This document shows, piece by piece, positions 18,617 through 27,776 of a DNA stretch of 64,000 nt (positions are counted from its first letter, which is position 1; every line of letters starts with the position of its first letter). The stretch lies in assembly GCA_964452165.1 (NCBI GenBank), contig CAYVKP010000001.1, positions 332,110 through 396,109 on the forward strand, written 5' to 3'. The stretch comes from an uncultured Gammaproteobacteria bacterium. Its GTDB lineage: Bacteria; Patescibacteriota; Microgenomatia; Levybacterales; GWA1-39-11. The notes beneath the pieces are model-generated. The model saw only the letters and a program-made list of their open reading frames with translations, did no database searches and was not told the origin of the DNA. Made by a program: the position numbers and the translations under genes.

Positions 18617-18975
18617 AAAAGAGGACAATAAAAACCGTGGTGATTATAGTTCTTGTTTCTATTGTAGTGTTGATGTTCTGGTCAGCTTACGTTGGCAATT
18701 TCGAATCAGTTGCACAATTTAATACGGAATTTACGAAAAGTTTTTCAAATGAAAAGTTCGAAAAGGTAAAAGTAGGAATGACAGAAAAGGAAGTTAAGAC
18801 TATGCTCGGTGAGCCGTTCGAAACAAAGAATAATTGGTTATATTATTCAAAATCCAAGCCATCGAATCAGGTTTTTCCTCCTTTCGCGGGCGACTGGTGG
18901 TGGGTAAATGCACTAATTATTCTTGATGAACACGGAAAGGTTAAGGGCAAAGCTTTAAACAGGTTTTTTAATTGA
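18613..18975 (+). CDS. Small membrane-anchored SmpA/OmlA (BamE-like) domain protein
   Basis: An N-terminal TM helix is followed by KVKVGMTEKEVKTMLGEPFETKNNWLYY, matching the GMTkeeV...LGxP...W.Y signature. The gene lies between carA and carB and overlaps both. Confidence 0.45.
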   Translation: MKKRTIKTVVIIVLVSIVVLMFWSAYVGNFESVAQFNTEFTKSFSNEKFEKVKVGMTEKEVKTMLGEPFETKNNWLYYSKSKPSNQVFPPFAGDWWWVNALIILDEHGKVKGKALNRFFN

Positions 18976-18977
18976 AT

Positions 18978-21900
18978 ATGAAAAAGTTCAAGAAAGTTTT
19001 AGTTTTAGGTTCGGGAGCTTTAAAAATTGGTGAGGCAGGAGAGTTTGACTACTCCGGGTCTCAAGCAATTAAGGCTTTGAAAGAAGAAGGAATAAAAACC
19101 GTTCTTGTAAATCCGAATATTGCGACTATACAAACATCAAGATTTCTTGCAGATACGGTTTATTTTCTTCCTGTAAACGAAACATTTGTAGAAAAAATTA
19201 TTAAAAAGGAAAAACCGGACGGAATACTTCTTTCTTTTGGCGGCCAAACTGCTTTAAATTGCGGTATATCACTTTTCAAAAAAGGAGTTTTTGCTAAATA
19301 CAACGTTGAGGTTTTGGGAAGCCCCGTATCGACAATTGAGCTTGCAGAAGACAGGGAAAAATTCGCAAATCATCTTAGAGAAATGGGAATTGTTACTCCT
19401 GAGAGCAAAACGGCAGCCAATCCCCGCGAAGCGCAAAAAATAGCAGAAGACTTGGGGTTTCCGGTTATGATCCGTTCGGGGTTTGCATTGGGTGGACAGG
19501 GCTCGGGAATTGCAACAAATAAAGAGGAGTTAGCAAAAATTACTTCAGCAGCTTTTTCATTTGTAACTCAAGTTTTGATAGAAAAATATTTACACCATTT
19601 CAAAGAAGTTGAGTACGAAGTAGTTCGTGATAAAAATGATAATTGCATAACTGTCTGCAATATGGAGAATATGGATCCCCTTGGTATTCACACGGGCGAA
19701 TCGATTGTTGTTGCTCCCAGTCAGACTCTGACAAATTATGAATATCATGCGCTTCGCAACATATCGATTAAACTCGTTCGCAGCCTGAACATAGTCGGAG
19801 AGTGTAACGTACAGTTTGCTTTGAATCCAAATCCAAAAAACGGTTCGACCCTGGATTATTATGTTATCGAGCTAAACCCGAGACTCTCAAGAAGTTCGGC
19901 CCTGGCAAGTAAGGCTACCGGTTATCCCCTAGCATACGTTGCTGCAAAACTTGCCTTGGGTAAATCGTTGACTGAGTTGACAAATAAAGTTACCGGTGTA
20001 ACTCAGGCATGTTTTGAACCGGCCCTGGATTATGTGACAGTTAAGATACCGCGCTGGGATATTAATAAATTCAAGCGCGCCCAAGACTTGATTGGTAGCA
20101 GTATGAAATCAGTAGGCGAAGTCATGGGGATTGGAAGAAATTTTGAAGAGGCATATCAGAAAGCGATAAGAATGCTTGATCTTGATTTTGAGGGGGCAGT
20201 TAAAGACAACGGCTTCAATGGAGAATTAGACTCGTTACTTGCGTATCCGACACCCAACAGGATGTTTGCAATATCAAGAGCATTTTATAAAAATTATTCT
20301 GTCAAAAGAATAAGCGAGCTGACCGGAATTGACCCTTGGTTTATTGAAAGAGTAAAAAATATTGTTGAATGCGAAAAAGAACTATTGAAAACTAAAAAGC
20401 TTGACCCTGATTCACTTAGAAAGTTAAAAGAACTCGGGTTTTCAGACAAAAGAATAGGAATTTTAGTCGGGAAAAAAGGGCTTGAGATTCGCAAATTGAG
20501 GAAAAAATATAAAATTCTTCCTTCCGTTTTTCAAATTGATACTCTTGCCGGGGAATTTCCCGCTCAAACAAATTATTTGTATATGACCTATGGAGGAAGC
20601 CATAACGATGTCACACCATTGAGAAGCGCAGCCGTGGTTGTCTTAGGCTCAGGGCCTTATAGAATAGGTTCTTCAGTTGAATTTGATTGGACATGTGTAA
20701 ATACTGCTCTGTCTCTTGCCGATAATAAGAAGAAATCAATAATAGTCAATTGTAATCCGGAGACAGTTTCTACAGACTACGACATTTCAGACAGACTTTA
20801 TTTTGAAGAATTGACGTTTGAAAGAATTGCGGATATCTATGATTTTGAAAATCCTTATGGAATTGTAGTATCTGTTGGCGGTCAAACCCCAAATAATCGA
20901 GCTCGCGCTCTGGACGATTATGGATGTAATCTTCTTGGAACGAGCGCATACAATATAGATCGCGCTGAGGATAGAAATAAATTCTCAGCCCTTCTCGATT
21001 CACTTTCTATAGATCAGCCCTCCTGGTACAAATTTGCTGATATGGTAAATGCGATAGCTTTTGCCCGAAAAGTTGGATTCCCGGTTTTGGCGCGCCCGTC
21101 ATTTGTTCTCTCCGGGACGAATATGAAAGTATGTTACAACCCGCAAGACATAGAAGACTATCTTGGCACGGTGGTAATTTCAGAAGATAGCCCCGTTACC
21201 GTCTCAAAGTTTATAAAAGATGCAAAGGAAATTGAGGTCGATTGCGTCGCTCAAAAAGGTGAGATAAAAGCGTTTGTAATTTCAGAACATGTGGAGAATG
21301 CCGGAGTCCATTCAGGAGACGCGTCAATTCTTCTTCCTCCGCAAAAAATATATATGGAAACTCTTAGAAAACTTAAAAATATCGCTGTGGGTTTAGCAAA
21401 AGAGCTCAATGTAACAGGACCTTTTAATATCCAATGTCTTGCCAAAGACAACAACGTTTCCGTTATAGAGCTTAATCTGCGGTCTTCACGTACTTTTCCG
21501 TTTATCTCAAAAGTAACAGGTGTCAACTTTACAAAACTTGCAACAGATACATTCTTTAACAAAGATATTATGCCTCGTGACATTAACCTGCTTGACTACA
21601 ATTTTGTGGCAGCCAAAGCTGCTCAATTTTCATTTGCAAGATTAACGGGCGCAGATCCGGTTCTTGATGTTGAAATGGCTTCAACCGGTGAAGTTGCTTG
21701 TTTTGGATCCGATGCCGAGGAGGCATTTTTATTGGCAGAGTTATCAGTTGGAGGAAGAGTTCCAAAGAAGGGGATATTCATAAGTCTTGGTGGAGTCACA
21801 AACAAAGTTAAATTTTTGGAAAGTGCCCTAAGACTTTCTAAATTGAAAATACCTCTGTATGCGACAGATAAAACAGCCAATTATTTGTCTCGTAACGGTA

Positions 21901-22175
21901 TGAAAGTAAAAATGCTGAATAAAATTCACGAAGGAAAATCGCCAAATGTTTTGGATTATTTTGAACGTCAAGAAATTGATATGGCAATAAATATCACAGA
22001 CAATGGGATTAGAAAAGACGTTAATGATGATTATGATATTAGGCGTGCGGCAGTCGACAAAAACATTATGCTTTTTACCAATTTGCAGAAAGCTGAGCTG
22101 TTTATTAAGGCAATTACCGAAAAGGATCTTGAGAAAATTGAAATAAAATCCTGGAACGAGTTCCGCAATAGCTGA
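18978..22175 (+). CDS. carB: Carbamoyl-phosphate synthase large subunit
   Basis: The protein is about 1065 aa with two ATP-grasp halves (...GEAGEFDYSG...). The track ORF starts at a TTG at 18972, and the ATG is at 18978. Confidence 0.95.
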   Translation: MKKFKKVLVLGSGALKIGEAGEFDYSGSQAIKALKEEGIKTVLVNPNIATIQTSRFLADTVYFLPVNETFVEKIIKKEKPDGILLSFGGQTALNCGISLFKKGVFAKYNVEVLGSPVSTIELAEDREKFANHLREMGIVTPESKTAANPREAQKIAEDLGFPVMIRSGFALGGQGSGIATNKEELAKITSAAFSFVTQVLIEKYLHHFKEVEYEVVRDKNDNCITVCNMENMDPLGIHTGESIVVAPSQTLTNYEYHALRNISIKLVRSLNIVGECNVQFALNPNPKNGSTLDYYVIELNPRLSRSSALASKATGYPLAYVAAKLALGKSLTELTNKVTGVTQACFEPALDYVTVKIPRWDINKFKRAQDLIGSSMKSVGEVMGIGRNFEEAYQKAIRMLDLDFEGAVKDNGFNGELDSLLAYPTPNRMFAISRAFYKNYSVKRISELTGIDPWFIERVKNIVECEKELLKTKKLDPDSLRKLKELGFSDKRIGILVGKKGLEIRKLRKKYKILPSVFQIDTLAGEFPAQTNYLYMTYGGSHNDVTPLRSAAVVVLGSGPYRIGSSVEFDWTCVNTALSLADNKKKSIIVNCNPETVSTDYDISDRLYFEELTFERIADIYDFENPYGIVVSVGGQTPNNRARALDDYGCNLLGTSAYNIDRAEDRNKFSALLDSLSIDQPSWYKFADMVNAIAFARKVGFPVLARPSFVLSGTNMKVCYNPQDIEDYLGTVVISEDSPVTVSKFIKDAKEIEVDCVAQKGEIKAFVISEHVENAGVHSGDASILLPPQKIYMETLRKLKNIAVGLAKELNVTGPFNIQCLAKDNNVSVIELNLRSSRTFPFISKVTGVNFTKLATDTFFNKDIMPRDINLLDYNFVAAKAAQFSFARLTGADPVLDVEMASTGEVACFGSDAEEAFLLAELSVGGRVPKKGIFISLGGVTNKVKFLESALRLSKLKIPLYATDKTANYLSRNGMKVKMLNKIHEGKSPNVLDYFERQEIDMAINITDNGIRKDVNDDYDIRRAAVDKNIMLFTNLQKAELFIKAITEKDLEKIEIKSWNEFRNS

Positions 22176-22239
22176 GTCTTTACTATCCTCTTACTCCCTG
22201 TTTGTGTGGTTCTAACACTCAAGCAATAAACTGTTTTAT

Positions 22240-22941
22240 ATGGAAAATAGGAGCTCTAAGTATTTGGCTTTGGGACTTTTATTCTTGGTTATTGGCGGTG
22301 TAATGGGGTGGATCCTGGGATCAAACTACATGCAAAGCCAAGGACAGCTGATCTCAGGCACTGTGCCGGGAATTGGTGGAGGGCCTGGCGAGGTTGTACA
22401 AGAAACTTCAAAAGCATCAGATTTTAGAGTGAAAGTAAGTTCTGCCATTCATGAACACGCAGTTGTTACCGGCGATTATTTGAAGGCGATTATCGATGGA
22501 AAAGATACAACTGCACTAAAATCTGCTCTTGATAAAAACACAAATAATATTACTGGAATTTTTGAAAATCTGTATGGAAATAAGGTTACAAGCGATTTCT
22601 TACCCATGTGGAATGATCATATAAATCAGTACGTAGCCTATGCAAAAGCTGTAAAAATTGGCGATGAAAAAAGTAAAAATAGAGCAAAAGACAATCTTGG
22701 AGTGATGGTAGACCAGATGCAGAATAGTATTCAAAATCTTGATCCCAAAATTTCCGCTGGACAGTTCGCAGATTACATGCGCGAGCACGTTGCGGGTACG
22801 CTCCTTCTAATAGATGCCCACGCTGTTAAAAATGATAGCCAGGTAGCTCAGCTTGAAACAAATAATTTTGATCAAGCAGGAAGATTCGCAGACTACATTA
22901 CTCAGGTTATAGTTTCCCACGACCCAAACAGTTTCAAGTAG
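22240..22941 (+). CDS. Hypothetical membrane-anchored protein
   Basis: The 233 aa protein has an N-terminal TM helix (YLALGLLFLVIGGVMGWILG) and a soluble domain of unknown function. Confidence 0.45.
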   Translation: MENRSSKYLALGLLFLVIGGVMGWILGSNYMQSQGQLISGTVPGIGGGPGEVVQETSKASDFRVKVSSAIHEHAVVTGDYLKAIIDGKDTTALKSALDKNTNNITGIFENLYGNKVTSDFLPMWNDHINQYVAYAKAVKIGDEKSKNRAKDNLGVMVDQMQNSIQNLDPKISAGQFADYMREHVAGTLLLIDAHAVKNDSQVAQLETNNFDQAGRFADYITQVIVSHDPNSFK

Positions 22942-22974
22942 TAAACCTGCCTAAGTTTATTTACGGCCAAAAAG

Positions 22975-25287
22975 TTGTATACTACTTTTATGCAAGCAAT
23001 TGTAGATTTTTTGGTGACAGGAGCATTTATCGTCCTGCAGTTAATAGTTGTTGCTATTATTGTTCCGCTCACTTTATTTATCCTTTGGAAAATCATCAAA
23101 AAAATTCTCTTCCAGCAAGAGCTAACCAAAAAGGCACAAGAACATGGAAATGCAATATTCCGAATAAAAATTCCTCCCAGTAACGAACAAAAAGAGGACG
23201 CAATGGAGGCGTTCCTGAGATCTGTTCACAGGCTTTTACCTACGGGTAGCTCTGTGAGCCTTGAAATGGCCTCCTCAGAACAGTTTATGAGTTTTTATAT
23301 AGTTCTTCCTAAAAGTTATAAAAACATAATAGAATCTCAAATTTATGCCCAATTTCCCGATGCCGAAATTGAAGAAACGAAAGATTATTTTTCTCCAAGT
23401 CCGGGTACTGCAGCAGTAGAGTTAACTTTTAAAAAATCGAGCGTTTTCTCACTTAATACCTATAAAAATATCGAGGAGGATTTATTGAAGAATCTATCAG
23501 CCGTATTGTCAAAAACGGGAACGGGAGAAAAAGTTTTTATACAAATGGCGCTCAAACGCACCGGATCCAAATTTTGGGAGAGAGGTATAGTTGGATTTTT
23601 ATACAAAATATCGGGTAGAGCAAATGAAAAAACGGATTCAAAGTTTGAGTCCGATATATATTTTGGAAAACTAAGGATTGCATATCAAGCTCCGGATCAG
23701 ACAACAGCGGTGACCAAACTTTCAATAATCGCAAATCTTTTTAAAATTCTAAAAGGGCCAACAAATGAACTTAAGAAAGTTCGCTACGCAGATTTGCTTA
23801 AAGCTTACGCTGCAAGAATTTTTGAAAATGGGGATTTTTGGTCAATTCCAGAGATTGCCACGGTTTATCACTTTCAATATAAAGGTTCGGTGGTATCAAA
23901 TGTTGTAAACACAACAAGCAAGAGAGCGCCGGCCCCTGACATATTGCCGCGTGAGGGAAGTGTTCCATCATCTCAAATATCAATTTTTGGTGAAACAAAC
24001 TACAGGAACGAAGGAAAAAGATTCGGACTGAAAAGACTTGATAGGAGAAGACATTTATATGTTGTAGGAAAAACGGGAAGTGGTAAAAGCCGATTGCTCC
24101 AACTCCTTTTGGTGTCAGATATCCAGAATGGACAAGGGTGTTGCTTGCTTGACCCTCATGGAGATCTTGCTCAGGAATTATTAAAATACGTCCCTCAGAA
24201 TAGAATTAAAGACGTTGTTTATGTAGATCCTTCAGATCGCGACTTTCCAATTGCCTTCAATCCCTTAGAGCCGGTGAGAGATTCTGAAATGAGACAGCAC
24301 CTGGCAACTTTCTTTATCGCGATCTTTAAGAAACAGTTTGAATCAAATTGGAATTCACGAATGGAGCATATAATTCGCTATATTACCTTAGCGCTTCTTG
24401 AAACTCCCGATTCAAACGTTTTAGGAATCCCTAGAATTTTATCTGATACCACTTTTCGCCAGCGGGTTATAAAACAAATACAAGATCCGGTTGTCAAAAG
24501 TTTTTGGGTAAATGAATTTTCATCTTGGAATGAAAGATTCTCAAATGACGCCGTCATTCCAATCCTCAATAAGGTTGGACAGTTTGTTTCAAATCCCATA
24601 ATTCGCAATATGGTTGGCCAAAGTAAAAATGTACTAGATTTCAGCAAATTTATGGACCAGGGTAAAATAGTATTGCTCAATATTTCAAAAGGAAAACTGG
24701 GAGACGAGAATGCTGCATTCTTAGGGTCTATGTTTATTACTAAAATTCAACAAGCAGCATTGGCCCGATCAAAAATGAAGGAAGAAGAGAGACGCGATTT
24801 TTATTTTTATGTTGATGAATTTCAAAATTTCGCAACTGATGCTTTTTCTTCAATTCTTTCCGAGGCAAGAAAATATCATTTGGACTTAACGATTGCTCAT
24901 CAGTACATTGCTCAACTTCCGGATGACGTTAAGGCAACTGCTTTTGGAAATGTCGGTACAATAATATCTTTTGCAATTGGTGGTGACGACGCAGCTTATT
25001 TGGAGCATGAGTTTGCCCCAACTTTTTCAGCAGAAGACATGATAAATCTTAATGTCCGCGAAATGTATATAAAGATGTCTATTGACGGAAGATTGTCTCC
25101 TCCGTTTTCTGCAAAAACCATTGATATTCCAAAGGCTGGAACCAATTATTCTGAGGAGATTATGCGTCAGTCAAGAACAACTTTTGGAAGCAATAGAACT
25201 GCCGTTGAAAACGATATCAAGAACTGGAGTAGTTCGGCGGCCTCAATAGTAAACGATGAATCTGATTTTCCCGAACCTATAATTTAG
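22975..25287 (+). CDS. Membrane-anchored P-loop ATPase resembling a type IV secretion coupling protein (TraD/TraG/VirD4-like, FtsK-HerA superfamily)
   Basis: The protein has N-terminal TM helices. It carries the Walker A motif YVVGKTGSGKS, a DPHGDL motif (compare DPKGD in T4CPs), and the Walker B motif FYFYVDEFQNFA. The ATG at 22990 is preceded by TATACT 6 nt upstream; the track start is a TTG at 22975. Confidence 0.6.
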   Translation: MYTTFMQAIVDFLVTGAFIVLQLIVVAIIVPLTLFILWKIIKKILFQQELTKKAQEHGNAIFRIKIPPSNEQKEDAMEAFLRSVHRLLPTGSSVSLEMASSEQFMSFYIVLPKSYKNIIESQIYAQFPDAEIEETKDYFSPSPGTAAVELTFKKSSVFSLNTYKNIEEDLLKNLSAVLSKTGTGEKVFIQMALKRTGSKFWERGIVGFLYKISGRANEKTDSKFESDIYFGKLRIAYQAPDQTTAVTKLSIIANLFKILKGPTNELKKVRYADLLKAYAARIFENGDFWSIPEIATVYHFQYKGSVVSNVVNTTSKRAPAPDILPREGSVPSSQISIFGETNYRNEGKRFGLKRLDRRRHLYVVGKTGSGKSRLLQLLLVSDIQNGQGCCLLDPHGDLAQELLKYVPQNRIKDVVYVDPSDRDFPIAFNPLEPVRDSEMRQHLATFFIAIFKKQFESNWNSRMEHIIRYITLALLETPDSNVLGIPRILSDTTFRQRVIKQIQDPVVKSFWVNEFSSWNERFSNDAVIPILNKVGQFVSNPIIRNMVGQSKNVLDFSKFMDQGKIVLLNISKGKLGDENAAFLGSMFITKIQQAALARSKMKEEERRDFYFYVDEFQNFATDAFSSILSEARKYHLDLTIAHQYIAQLPDDVKATAFGNVGTIISFAIGGDDAAYLEHEFAPTFSAEDMINLNVREMYIKMSIDGRLSPPFSAKTIDIPKAGTNYSEEIMRQSRTTFGSNRTAVENDIKNWSSSAASIVNDESDFPEPII

Positions 25288-26204
25288 AAGGTTAAATTTC
25301 CCCAACCGAGGTTTTTATTTCGGAGATCTTCAAGGATTTGTGCGCTTATTTTCTCGTATTCTTCCTTCTCAAATTGTCGGTTTAGGATGCAATACTGTTT
25401 GTGTTCCAAGTTGACACAGCCTAGCGAATTCTTAACGTCCATGCAAGATAACAGATAAGAGCTTTCCTGACAATTTGATGACCAAATAACATAGTTTGAA
25501 TTAAACAGACCGCTTGAATCAACAAATTCATATGCAAGTTCCGATTCTCCGCTAAAAACCCCGTCGTAGGAATATTTGATACCACCACTATCAAATAAAT
25601 ACCCGCAGTTTTCATTGTTAGTTGCATCAAAGCACATGTAGCAATCTTTACTGGTGTAAACATAATTTCCGAAAGGCGAATTTTGGTTGCCGAATCCACG
25701 AGTTTGCGTAAACGGGTATCTTTTTTTTAGTTCATCGACCGTTGCAAGAATTTGAGCGGGCGGCAAGCTTTTATATTTTGTCACCTTTTGTTTATAGTCC
25801 TCTTCAGTAAGTTGTCTATTGAATATGCAAAATGACTTGCCTGTTAAATTTACGCAACCGAAGACGTCGTGACAATCTCTGCAGCCCGCACTAAAAGACG
25901 AGTCTCTGACATTAGAACAATATTCTAAAAAGTCGGAATTAAAACATGTTTTGGCGTCAACGCAATCATATAAAAGTTGAGAATCCGAACAGTAATCTAT
26001 ATCCATGCAGTTTACGCATCCAAAACCGTCAAAAGTGTAAGTGCAATCGGAAGACTTAACAGTATCAAAGCAGTAGAGCATATTTTTGCAATAATAAAGT
26101 TGGTCTCCATATTCGGCATTTTCAGAATTTAGTGTATGACTCATCCTTTTGGGGTGAGAATTTATGATGCGTTGCAGTTCGAGCAAAAATCCTTCGGCGG
26201 TCAT
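25284..26204 (-). CDS. Cysteine-rich protein with internal duplication (hypothetical)
   Basis: About 25 Cys residues occur in roughly 8-residue pseudo-repeats (CxxxxxY/F...). Both halves end in C(I/F)(F/L)NRQ(L/F)(T/E)(E/K)E(D/E)Y. The protein has no signal peptide. Its stop codon overlaps the stop of the convergent ATPase gene. Confidence 0.5.
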   Translation of the reverse strand: MTAEGFLLELQRIINSHPKRMSHTLNSENAEYGDQLYYCKNMLYCFDTVKSSDCTYTFDGFGCVNCMDIDYCSDSQLLYDCVDAKTCFNSDFLEYCSNVRDSSFSAGCRDCHDVFGCVNLTGKSFCIFNRQLTEEDYKQKVTKYKSLPPAQILATVDELKKRYPFTQTRGFGNQNSPFGNYVYTSKDCYMCFDATNNENCGYLFDSGGIKYSYDGVFSGESELAYEFVDSSGLFNSNYVIWSSNCQESSYLLSCMDVKNSLGCVNLEHKQYCILNRQFEKEEYEKISAQILEDLRNKNLGWGNLTF

Positions 26205-26207
26205 GAT

Positions 26208-26516
26208 CTAATTTTCAGGAAGCGGATCAGTGATGATGGGATCATTTTCCATGAAATATTTATCAAAGTCTTCTTTGCAGTAAATTGGATTCTGCGCTTT
26301 TGCGGGATCAAACGCCACAATTATTTCTTTTCCGCATTTTTGACATTTGGTTTTATAAAGATTTCTTTCACTTCTCAGTGCAAGTCTTCGTGCCTGTCTA
26401 CAGGAAAAACATTGTGTAGGGTTGGGGAGTCCTTTATCTCGCAGAAATTTTTGTTCAGGATCTATTACTAAGAATTGTCTTCCACAGTTCGTACATGCTT
26501 GAGTAATTGCCGTCAT
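26208..26516 (-). CDS. Double zinc-ribbon protein (hypothetical)
   Basis: The 102 aa protein has the pairs CTNCG...CFSC and CQKCG...YC. It lies 3 nt upstream of the Cys-rich protein on the same strand. Confidence 0.5.
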   Translation of the reverse strand: MTAITQACTNCGRQFLVIDPEQKFLRDKGLPNPTQCFSCRQARRLALRSERNLYKTKCQKCGKEIIVAFDPAKAQNPIYCKEDFDKYFMENDPIITDPLPEN

Positions 26517-26570
26517 GCCTAAAGTATACTTTATTTGATTTTTTGCTTCAAGAGAGTTTAAATTAAATCA

Positions 26571-27449
26571 ATGGGCAAAAGTTCACCAGTTTACCATAAG
26601 CTTGCGGACCGTTGGGTTAAAAAACACAAAGACCTACAAGAAAAATTTTGGATAAAGCACGGTGATACAATTCATGATTTCGTCAATAACACAAGAAATT
26701 TTGCAGTGGGTTCTGTTTCGGCGTTAATGCTACTTTCAAGCCCCGCAGCCAGTCTTTTGCCCCCTTCAACTTCTCTATCAGTTCAAGAAAATCAGTTGCC
26801 AGCAGACAAGAGTGTTTTTCTGATCTCAGATCTTTCAAAAGTGGTTCCGCAAGAAGTTCGTCCTTTGACTACTGATGAGGAAAACTCGGTGTCGGAGGTT
26901 TTGTCCCGCAATTTTGGCTTCAAAGTCGCAGCGGAGCTTAGTGGAATTCGCCTAAACCGTTCTTACGGTTTGATTGGCGCAGAGCAACATCTTATGCGTT
27001 ATCCGGGCGATACTATGGATACACATTTCTCGCCGGACGGCTCAGGTGACCCTGCGACCGCAGGCTCCGGGATGGCGCCAGGACTTGGAGGATGGGGTTA
27101 CTTTGCTCCATCACGGGATGCGCTGACCTCCAAAGACTCCGATCGTGAAAAATATTACATAGCAGTACAAAGTTTTCTTGCTCCCGGATTTGCGGATCAC
27201 ACACGCGAATATATTACATTCTTTAAGTTCAGAAAAATGCTTGTGGTAAATCCCCAAAACGGGAAAGCTGTGGTAGCAGATATTGGAGATGCTGGACCCG
27301 CCGAATGGACAGGAAAGCATTTAGGGGGTTCGCCGGAGGTCATGAAGTATTTAGAGCGCTTCGACGGAGCGCAGAGAGGCCCGGTTCTTTACTATTTTAT
27401 CGATGACCCTAACGACACTGTTCCGCTTGGTCCCGTAAATGTAAAATAA
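26571..27449 (+). CDS. Hypothetical secreted protein, possibly with a DPBB (RlpA/3D-like) fold
   Basis: A hydrophobic N-terminal stretch is present. The segment ...GKAVVADIGDAGPAEWTGKHLGGSPEVMKYL weakly resembles the RlpA/3D-domain pattern (V.V.DRGP....DLS.aa). This is a low-confidence fold call. Confidence 0.3.
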   Translation: MGKSSPVYHKLADRWVKKHKDLQEKFWIKHGDTIHDFVNNTRNFAVGSVSALMLLSSPAASLLPPSTSLSVQENQLPADKSVFLISDLSKVVPQEVRPLTTDEENSVSEVLSRNFGFKVAAELSGIRLNRSYGLIGAEQHLMRYPGDTMDTHFSPDGSGDPATAGSGMAPGLGGWGYFAPSRDALTSKDSDREKYYIAVQSFLAPGFADHTREYITFFKFRKMLVVNPQNGKAVVADIGDAGPAEWTGKHLGGSPEVMKYLERFDGAQRGPVLYYFIDDPNDTVPLGPVNVK

Positions 27450-27452
27450 ATT

Positions 27453-27776
27453 ATGGTTAAACATTTTTATAGCTTTATTATAGAAACTGAAACCCTATTT
27501 TTGGAAATAGATTCGCTTGAGATATCGGATTCTGAAAAATCACATCTAAAGTCGTTAGCAGAATCTCATATTCATCACTCAATCCTTGATGCGATTATGT
27601 CCGAAATGAGCGCTCCGGATAAAAAGTTATTCCTTGAACATCTAAATTCCAAGAATCATCAAAGAGTTTGGGATTTTTTGCACGAAAAAGTAGAGGATGT
27701 TGAAGAGAAAATAAAAAATGCCGCCCACGCAATCAAAAAAGAACTCCACAAAGATCTCAAGGAAGCAAAGAGCTAG
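27453..27776 (+). CDS. Small hypothetical protein
   Basis: The 107 aa ORF follows the previous gene by 3 nt. It has no recognisable motifs. Confidence 0.35.
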   Translation: MVKHFYSFIIETETLFLEIDSLEISDSEKSHLKSLAESHIHHSILDAIMSEMSAPDKKLFLEHLNSKNHQRVWDFLHEKVEDVEEKIKNAAHAIKKELHKDLKEAKS

